From assembly GCF_009914755.1 (NCBI RefSeq), contig NC_060926.1: a stretch of 64,000 nt of DNA; one strand, written 5' to 3'. Below are positions 54,123 through 64,000 of the stretch, piece after piece. This stretch comes from the human T2T-CHM13v2.0 reference genome, Homo sapiens. The position numbers were made by a program, and so were the translations under genes. How positions within the stretch are numbered: the first letter of the stretch is position 1; every line of letters starts with the position of its first letter. The notes beneath the pieces were generated by a model, which was not told where the DNA came from, ran no database searches, and worked only from the letters and a program-made list of their open reading frames with translations.

Positions 54123-54779
54123 TACCAAATTTATTTTTCATAAGAAAAATGCACTGAATTTCACATTTTCAACTAAAGAGTACTTATTTCAAACTTTAAT
54201 TTATAGTAAATGTGTATTAATTAGTTGATGAAGCTATAGAAAATACCGAGTTCCTTACATAAGAGTTCTCACCCTTTGTGACATGTTTTCAAACACAAAA
54301 ATTCCATAAAATATGCCATCACCATGAGGGATTTCCACTTTGATTAAAAGACTCAGAATATAAACAACAGTGGATTAGTTGTTGTCTTGATAAATGAAAC
54401 AGTGACTTGGAGGTGGGTCTATTCACATGAATAATTGCAATGGCATTTTGATTAGCAATGCAACATTTACTCCCTGTTCACTTTATTTAACACAAAATTA
54501 TTGATTTATTGAACACCTTATTTAAGAAAAGATTAGGAGCTTTTGGGGGAAATGTTAATACCTCCATGTGTATATTCTAAACACACACACACACACATAG
54601 CACAGTAGGTAATAAATATTCTTCAAACTTTGTAAAGAAGTATCTGGAAAATGGAATATTATACATATAATTAGTCTTGATATTGTATAAAGAAATTGCA
54701 ACTTGTTAAGGAATTTAAGAGAAATAGCCCGATATAAGATAGTATGCAGTCAGTCAATAATTTTCATTTTTTTTCAAAG

Positions 54780-55900
54780 TGCTATACAATTGAGAAGAGG
54801 AAATGCTTTCAAATAAAATTGTTAGAGAAGACTTCTTATGGGAAAAAGCATTTAAAAAGGGCTTTGAAAAAGAAGGGAAGTAGAATTTACATATGTCAAA
54901 ATGTGGAAGGGTGGAAGTCAACTATTCCTGCAGGAAAGAATTATGTTAGCAGAAATTCAAACTAAACGAACAAGATTTTTTTTTTAATAAAAAAGAGTAA
55001 CAACCCAATTTGATTGAGGAAGAACATCTGTCTAGGAAAGTAGACCAATATGAAAAGTAGCTTGGGGGCTAGGGAGTAGAGGTATTGAAGAGCAGATTGC
55101 TAGTTTTTTGTTTCTTTAAATTCATTTGCAAATGAGATACTATTGAATGTTTTGCTGGCAGAAAGCATTGTAATCGAATAGTTAGTTTAAGAAAACTAGT
55201 TGAGTGCATGTGTGCAGAGTAGATTGCAGTGATGTGCAGGCAGGACACAGTGAGCCCACACTGCAGATTTGGAAAGAAATCTGCAAAGAAAGCTTTGATG
55301 GGGGAGAGTGTTAATACGACATGCACAGGCTTTGCTGTCTTGATAGTTAAGAGACTAGTGTTTGTTGAATAGAGTATTAAACTTCTCAACCTAAGGCTGC
55401 AAAAAATGGGAAAACATGTGTGAAGCCTGAGTAGGAAGAAGGACACACCACATAGCAATGTGCTACTCGTTTGAGGTACTCATGGAGCAGCTGTCCATCA
55501 AACAGCTCAGAAAAGCATGCAGAGCTGGAGAACCAAGACTTTTTAGGCATTTGTGTATAAGCAATAGATAAAATATCTATGACAAAGGACAGAGAAAAAC
55601 ACCCCACATCTCCAAAGTCCTGGTCTGCTGAAGGGTGGTGGGATGGGAGGAAGGCTGGTAAACCCCGCTACATGGAGACACAAATGAACACAGAGAGAGA
55701 GAGAGAGAATGAAGAGAGGAAAAATGTTATCATCTTCCCATGGAAACAAATGAAAAGTGAGCATGAGAGAACGTTTGACACAGGAATTGGGACCTAGTGA
55801 CTTTGTGTGTGTGTGTGAAGCAGGGTAAACAAAAATCACAAGAAATCTAACTGAACCTCACTGATATTTTCAAATGATGGAACAGAGTTTGCTGCAGAAA
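54780..55900 (-). mobile_element. Degraded L2 fragments
   Basis: 'ggtactcatggagcagctgtccatcaaacagc..agctggagaaccaagacttttaggcatt'. Confidence 0.5.
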
Positions 55901-56172
55901 TGAAGCAAAAGGGAATGGGAATGGGGGCTAGCAAAGAAAGAGTAACTGTGGGAGATGTTCTTTTGGGACTCTTGTAGCAAATTTGTGAGAAAAGTAGCAT
56001 CATCACATGCACACTAGATTTATAGTTGACCAAGACAAAAGCAAAGCAACTGCCTGTTTTTAATTCTAATAAGAATAACCAGAAATTTGGTGACCTTCTC
56101 TCATTTCCAAGTTAACCTTTATTTTTTCTCTGTATTTTATTTGTCTCCACTTATCATCCTACCTTTCTTTAG

Positions 56173-56205
56173 ATGGATCTGCTGTAACCTAACGCATGCG
56201 ATTTG
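56173..56205 (+). other. Candidate 33-nt internal exon (microexon) of an unidentified plus-strand transcript
   Basis: AG-free pyrimidine-rich tract 56113-56170 ending TTTAG|; exon ATGGATCTGCTGTAACCTAACGCATGCGATTTG; donor TTG|GTAAGA; no recognisable repeat; CpGs retained. Confidence 0.5.
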
Positions 56206-57109
56206 GTAAGAGTAAAACCTAAAACTAAGTAGCTCATTAGTGTTTAGCAATCCGTGGTGTCATCGAACAAGAATTCCTCATAAAAGAGAGGGGATAGAGG
56301 CCTGAAAATTTTAAATAAAGTTCAAACCTTGTAATTAGTGATTCTAAAATTTAGGTGTGTAAACTTGAGTAAAGTTTTAGTGTCACCTGATAAGTGTGAA
56401 GTAAATGAAGAATCTTGGGCTGTACTCTCCAAGTGTCTGGGAAGTTTTCAAAAACCCATATCCTGGGTAAAATGCATTAATGTATGGCTGTGTGATATCC
56501 ATTTTAATGTTGTTGACAGCTTTGGGCAGAGAATTCTAGCTTTCCCCTCTCTATATATGTACCCCCTTTCCTCCACAATAATTAATTTTTAGTTGAATCA
56601 ATGACTGCCCATCCAAAAAACAAACAAACAAACAAATAAAACATGTCCGTAAGACATCCCAGATCATTCTGATTCAAGTGGCCAGAGGCTATACTTTGAG
56701 AGATGCTGATATAAGACTTCTAAGGAAAAATTTCAGCTGATTCCCAGTTACATGATTAGCCTATCACTCCTAGGTAGCTACTGAGAAAAAATATAGAGGT
56801 TTAGGCCAATTAGACTTCATAGAAACCATGATACTTATTAGAACAATTATTTCTACAAGACTTTTTTTTTTTTTGCTTTTCTGTTAATTTGTTTTTTAGA
56901 TAAATCAATAGATAGACTAATACAGTTGGAAAGACAATATATTTGGGAATATCCCCAAGAGGGTTGAGGATACATACTCAATAATGATCTGTAGTTTTAC
57001 CAATGTAATGATTATTTGATTTATACTATTTTAATATTGATTCAAGAACAAGTGCTGTGAAAATATATAGTACTCTTTTATTCCCTTCTCTAATAGGACC
57101 AGGTTTCAC

Positions 57110-57300
57110 ATAATATGTAAAAATATTGGGATTTGGAGCCATAAGATCTAAATTCAAGATCCTTTTTATTTTCTGTGTGATTTTGGGGAATTTGCTAATC
57201 CATTGTTAGCTACCATTTTTTATCTGTAAGATGAGAATGAGTATCTTCACAGCTTTGTTGAGAGGGTTGAATGAGTTATGTGATGTGAACCTCGTTTCGA
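57110..57300 (+). mobile_element. MIR
   Basis: 'tttggagccataagatcta..ctgtgtgattttgggg..atctgtaagatgagaatga..ttgttgagagggttgaatgag'. Confidence 0.7.
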
Positions 57301-57382
57301 ATGTTAGTGTTACGGATATCCAACTTTCCTCACTGGTTTGTAAACTGAAATGGCAGGTGTATTCATAAAATAAATGACTTTA

Positions 57383-57803
<421 letters not shown>

Positions 57804-58249
57804 CTAAATTGAATTAAAAATAATGTTTAACATTTTCTTTCCCTTATCCTTTCATTGTGAAGAACTTGATGGCAGGATTCATAAGTGTTTTGCCTTTTAT
57901 ACTAACCAGGTTCAATCAGACAAGAGTCTTGACCATTGCAGATGTTTTATATCGGTTTGTTTAATCCATGAATGAACTGATATGTGAAAACCTTACTGTA
58001 TGGTGGTCTCATTCTATGCCACACTTATAGGAAGCATTTATTCAAAGGCTTAATAGATGTCTCTTTTTGGAGATGTGACTAAAATGGAAAAAAAGCACTT
58101 GATTTCTTCAATGATAACCTAAAATGGCAAAGATGAATGCACCTATATAGAAGCTAAAGGCATCATAATCATATATATTTCTGCAAAACACATTTTTTAA
58201 TGTCATCTATAGAAAATCTTTCTGGGTTGTTTCTTTTTTTTGGCATTTG

Positions 58250-59220
58250 GTCATTTGTTCATTCAGCAAATATGTAGTTAGTTCTTAGTGCAAGCAAGGC
58301 ACCATTCTCTATGTTGGATATACAGTCATGAACAAGCCATAAAATGCCCTTTTCCTAATTCCAATGGGGAATACATTATACAAACAAAGAAAAATAAACA
58401 AAAATAATGATTTCAGGTTGTAGTCAGTACTCTTAAGAACAATAGGCTGGGAGCAGTGGCTCACACCTGTAATCTCAGCACTTTGGTAGGCTGAGGCAGG
58501 TAGATCATGAGGTCAGGAGTTTGAGACCAGCCTGACCAACATAGAGAAACCCTATCTCTTCTAAAAATACAAAAATTAGCCAGACGTGATTGTATGCTCT
58601 TGTAATCCCAACTACTCAGGAGGCTGAGGCAGGAGAATTGCTTGAACCTGGGAGGCGGAGGTTGCAGTGAGCTGAGATCACAATAATGCACTCCAGCCTG
58701 GGCGACAGAGCGAGACTCCATCTCAAAAAAAAAAAAAAAAATTGGGAACGATAGCGTGATGTTGGAGTGCTTTGGATAGGGTTAACTGGAAATAATTAAA
58801 TGGTTAATTTCAGGACCCAGTGAAAGACATCAGCCTCTATGAAGACCCATGGGAGGACGGGTTCAGGCAGAGAGCAGCAAGCATCAAAGAGCATGTGCGA
58901 GGGCTGGCAAGGAGGCCAGTACAGCTGGAGGGCAGGGCACAGGCTGGATTGTGGAATAAGACGTAAGGCTGAGAAATCTGCAGGACCACATGCACAGGGT
59001 TTCATGGGCCATGGCGAGAAGGTGGGATTTGTTTCTTGTTGCAATAGGGAACTATTGGGAAATTTCAATCAGAGGTAAATCAAGTGATCCTTACTTTAAA
59101 AGTCCCTTTTGGATGCTACAAAAATAACTTTTGGAGGATGGAACAAAAATGGAGGCAAGCATTTTACTTTTGAGTCTATTGTAATTACCCACGGAAGAGA
59201 TCGTTATGGCTGTGGCTAGG
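58250..59220 (-). mobile_element. L2 3' region interrupted by an Alu
   Basis: 'ttcattcagcaaatatgt..caaggcaccattct..ggatatacagtcatgaacaag' and 'gggccatggcgagaaggtgggattt..gcaatagggaactattgg'. Confidence 0.75.
58445..58741 (+). mobile_element. AluS (Sg-like)
   Basis: Full dimer with poly-A; GAAC(A/G)ATA on both flanks. Confidence 0.94.
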
Positions 59221-59229
59221 GTCTGTCGT

Positions 59230-59400
59230 CGACTAGCTGAGTTACTAGCAGGTAATTTTACCTCTATCTATGCCTTTGTTTTCTCATCTGCAAAGGGGAA
59301 ATAAAGGTATTTACCTCATAGTGTTGTTGTGGAGAGTAAATAAGCTAGAACATTAAAAAAAAAGCATGAATCTGCTTGGAATATTTTAAATGCTCAATTA
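59230..59400 (+). mobile_element. MIR fragment
   Basis: 'ttctcatctgcaaaggggaaataaaggtatttacctcatagtgttgttgtgg'. Confidence 0.7.
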
Positions 59401-59887
59401 ATTCTGGATGTTTTTATTAGTATCATGAGTCTAAATATACACAATGGCTTTAGTAGCCAGATTTATTGCAATTCTTAGTTTCTAGATTGTGTGTACATAT
59501 CAGATATTTTACTTTTCCAACTCTGCTTTTCATTCATTATTTTTTTTACTGTGTGAATCGGTATAAGTTAAACTATGCTGAGGTCATGAACATGCCCCAC
59601 ACTAAATCTCTGAGGCTTAACACAATAGAGGTTTCTTTATTACATCACAGCTTGATGAAGAGTTGAGAGTCCTCCCTCTTTCTTTTCACTCTGCATTTGA
59701 AAACTAATGCTTTTGTCGTATCAGGGAAATTGTGTAGTAAACTGAAGATCTTACTCCAATGCTGAGTTGTTCCTTTATTGTTATCAGTTCCTAAAGATTT
59801 ATAAGAGTGTCTCAAAATGTTCATTTTTATCTGTAAGTCTCGTGTTATTTCATGATGTTTCCAGCACATTGGAAAGTATCAAGGTCT

Positions 59888-60199
<312 letters not shown>

Positions 60200-61318
60200 G
60201 AAAGTATCAAGGTCTGGGAGTCTTTGTGAAGGTGGATGTTCAGGACAGGAGCTATGCAGGTTCTCAGATGTCTGGAGCCTGTAGCCCACATTTTGCTCAG
60301 TCATCGTGTTACTCTGTCATTTAACCTTACTGGGATCCTTCAATGAGGCACTTAGCAAAAAATTGTACAATAAACAAAAGTATTTTTATATTCTCCTACA
60401 AAAACTCACAAAATGCCCAAAGAATCATTTAAGTTAATCACGTTGTCCATCTCTTTGTCTAACCATGAAGGATCCCCATAGTCCATTCTAGAGAGCTTTG
60501 CCTAGTCCAGCTTGAAATGATCCCATCAAAATGACTTTTATCATTTGTTTTGAGAGGCGGTACCATTAATCTTTTCTGTTTCCCCCTCTCTCTTTCTGGC
60601 TCACTTCAATTCAACAGGCAGGGAGAAGAGAACATTGAACAACATTATAAAAATGTTAATTCCTAATGTCACGGACTAGCCCTTAATCACACTATTAGAC
60701 ATATGTTCTGAATTAACGATCTTGACCAGCAAGCAGGAAGACGAAGATTGACTTTGATGAGTGCCTGCCATTATTTTCAAAGATGGATGAAGTTGTTTTT
60801 CTTTCTGACTAAATGTTTTCTCAGAAACGGTATTCTATTTAGAAAGAAAGAGCATATAAAACACTTTCTTTTGTTGGCAGAGTCTTCTTTTCTAAATCAG
60901 CATTTTGATGGTGTGTGTTTTGTTCATATAGTGAGACATGTGCTGCAATCACTGGTAATCTCTTGGCCTTATAACTTTGGTGGCCTCTTTCTCTAGATTT
61001 ATTTTTTAAGCCCCCAGCGCTTAACTGCAAGCAATGAAATAAAGCATGTTTAGTATGTACAGAAATCTCATTATCCCAAACAGTCATTTCCTAAAGACGA
61101 CTGCGGTGAAAATCAGATCTCCTTTTCTTTGTGATCTTTACCTGCACAAATTCTTTCTCCACGGCACACTTTGTCGAAGTCCTCCTCAACACCAAGTCTC
61201 TGAGCCTCTGCTCAAATGCCATCATTTGCATAAAACTGTTCCCACGACCCCTGGTGAGAAGTCATATTTTCTTACTCTGGGCTTTTCTAGAATTTTATTA
61301 ACTGCTCTCTTTGGCACT

Positions 61319-61371
61319 GACCTCCTTCCTATAAATGTTATGAGGGACCTCCTTCCTATAAATGTTATGAG
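61319..61371. repeat. 27-bp tandem duplication within an L2 fragment
   Basis: GACCTCCTTCCTATAAATGTTATGAG(G) x2. Confidence 0.95.
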
Positions 61372-62101
61372 CTCTTTTAGGGTAGCAAAAGTTCATTAAA
61401 GTTTATATCACTCACGTATTACACCATGACCTTTCACAGGATACAGTTAAACCATTGAATATAATATATGCAATTCACATCATTACATTTAATTATATAA
61501 TTTTATGAATTATATATTTAATTTATATATAAATTAGTAATTTTATACAATATGAATATAATATTTAATTTACATATAATTATATATGTGTGTATACACA
61601 TGCACATACACACACACAAAACTTGCAACTTTGCATCATTCTATGGGCAGAGGCTATGAGAAAACTGTACAAGATCTGGTTTCATTAGGTTACAGTTAAG
61701 TGACCAGTTGTGAGAATAGTTTCTTCAAAGTTCTATGAAGAGTTTTTAACTGAATGCATGGGTAAGTGGCATCGAGACTTAAAAAGATGAGGCAGGACCA
61801 TTACTATCATGGAAAACTGCTATCTGCATTGCAGTGACAGCCAAGCACCGTGTTTGAAGGGGACAAAGGCATGGAAGTCAGGTTACACTGCCAATCATTG
61901 GGGCTGGGTTGGCACAGACTCCAGGTGAACCCAGATTGGGTTTATATAAATCACATGTGGGACGGAAGAAGGGCAGATGGGAAAGACACTAGCGGTTTCT
62001 AACCATATTGCAAACACCTTGAAATTAGAGCCATCATTGATCTTTCTATGTACTTCTTTATAACCCCTACAGAATTTATTTTCATGTGATTTATACCTAA
62101 T

Positions 62102-62464
62102 TTGTATTTTATCAGTTATTATTGCAAAAATGCTATATAACCAGTTGCCAAAGCTCAGTGACATACAACATGCAGTCCTTATTCTCACACTCACTCGTCT
62201 GTGCATCCACTGGGTAACTGTGCTTCCTGAGTTACATTCTGGGGCCGTGGCTGGAGAGGTCATGACCTGCTGGGGCATGTTCCCAGGGTCATGTCAAGGA
62301 AGCTCTGGAAGGGCAGGTGGAAACATGCATGCCTCTTGAGGTCTACACTGGAACTGAACCATCATCATTTCTGCACACATTCCATGGAGCTACACAAGTA
62401 GCAAGGCCAAGCCTCACATCAAGTGGGGCAGTGGGTTTACTCCACCCCTAAACCCACTGCCACA
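62102..62464 (-). mobile_element. MLT1H-like MaLR LTR
   Basis: 'ccaaagctcagtgacatacaaca..ggtggaaacatgcatgcctcttgagg..catttctgcacacattccat..ggccaagcc..catcaagtgggg..ccaca'. Confidence 0.75.
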
Positions 62465-64000
62465 TGTATTTGCTCATCAGTGCAGCAAATTTCTTTTACT
62501 CCTGCAACTTCAAACATTGTATGAATAAAAGAAATGAGAACTAAAACTCTTCTTGTTGGCATACTGAGTTTGCCAGAATCTAAGGCTATGAGAATACATT
62601 ACATCTAAACTTAGAAAAATGTAAAGAGAAACAATAACCACAAAGGCAACAACAGCTCAACAGAGCACAGTCTGTATACATCTATGGAACTTTCTAGCTC
62701 CATTCTGATATTGTCTGGAATTTTGCTTGGACTGTTCATAGCAACGGGAAGAGGCCAGATTCTCTTGGCCGTAGCTGCAGTTATCACCAGGAAGCTGTTG
62801 TGTTTACTGTTTCCCAGTTGTCAAAACTTTAATTGAAACAATTGCAAGATTACAGAGAGATCTCCAGTTTGAATTATGTTCAACAGCTCCCAATGATTAA
62901 GCCATACAATTGTGCAACTAACCTGTTTGAATTCTCTTCAATTTCTTACAATATAAAAATCATCATTTGAACTAATCATGTACAAATTAGATTTGTGTTT
63001 AGGTCTTCTATAAAACATATATATTTTCTCTGTCTTTGAACCATTTCTCTGCATATAATATATACATATTCTACTTGAGGAAACTTTATGGTCAGGATAG
63101 TGTGGTTATTCACTCATTAGCAAAATCCCTAGACTTGATCTGCTGGAATGATTTAAATTCAAGTATAGGAGTCTATATAGGCTGAAATCTCTGATTTAAC
63201 AAATGAAGATGCAATATTGTTTCCCGCTTTTACTTCCTCTCCCTCCTCCTCCTTATTCTCTCTCTTTCTTTCTCTCACACATACATTCCCTCCCCAAACT
63301 TACACTCTCTTTATAAGACATTCTAGAATATGCAACTTTATTTTTTATTTCTGTCTTTTTGTGGCTCAATTGAGATAATTCTTTTCCAAGTTTATGATGC
63401 ATTATCCTGTTTAGGATAATTAGAAAAATAGAAACCTGCAGCTGGCAATCTAAATTGGAGGTAAAACACACCTAGAAATTTCTGCAGTGGAGAAACAGTG
63501 AAGATATTTGGACTTTACATCTACACTGATTAAGAGGGGAAGAGGCTCACTGTGTTGAAATGACTGGGGGAAGTTCACTGGCAAGGAGTTTTATAGGCAG
63601 ACCTAAGACAACATACCCTTATGCAGTCTGCTCTGCCAAATGGGTTAAATAGTAGTTTTGCAAACTTTTTTCTTTTAATTTGTTTGTCAAATACTCTGCT
63701 TTAAAATTGGGGAAGAATTTAGGTCCATTAAAACACTTTGAGTAAAAACTCAGAAAGACACTGAACATTTGAAAAGAAGGCAGCTACAGGGCTTAAACTG
63801 TGCCTCTCAGTTTGCATGTTGTCTGCAACAAAGCAAAACACACTCATGGTTATCCCCTTGAAACTTGGGGTAGGGAGATCCTGAGAAGGTTCCAGCACTC
63901 AATGCTGACATTGCGTTGTGCTATAGTATTATTATCGTGTGGCAGTGTGTAAGATCACCTTCTGTGATCACTTACTGTGTACACTCTAAAACAAATACTT

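Noticed and set aside
56338-56592. 84-aa ORF downstream of the microexon candidate
   Set aside because: GTG start, no recognisable domain, and it would be intronic relative to the donor at 56206.

Overview
Primate (human-like) nuclear DNA that appears entirely non-coding: AT-rich and CpG-depleted, with no convincing protein-coding ORF, no CRISPR array and no functional RNA gene. Much of the window is interspersed repeats recognised by eye from remembered consensus sequences: about 14 Alu/FLAM copies (most with visible target-site duplications), old L1M/L1P fragments, L2 and MIR, MaLR/ERV LTRs and DNA transposons (MER3, MER58A, MER63, MADE1, MER102, MER104). Subfamily calls and the boundaries of old elements are approximate. 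All recognisable L1 fragments are on the minus strand, which suggests an intron of a plus-strand gene that I cannot name. The most notable items are: (1) a mitochondrial insertion (5' ND5 + tRNA-Leu(CUN) + part of tRNA-Ser(AGY)) inside an old L1, itself split by an Alu; (2) a TSD-flanked, poly(A)-tailed retrocopy of a MER21-type LTR transcript end, inside a two-LTR MaLR element; (3) a 489-bp almost pure purine AAG/GAG/GAA tract replacing an Alu tail; (4) a candidate 33-nt microexon with strong splice signals; (5) two diverged local duplications of apparently unique sequence, one with a hairpin that looks made by template switching. I see no support for a new multi-gene system.
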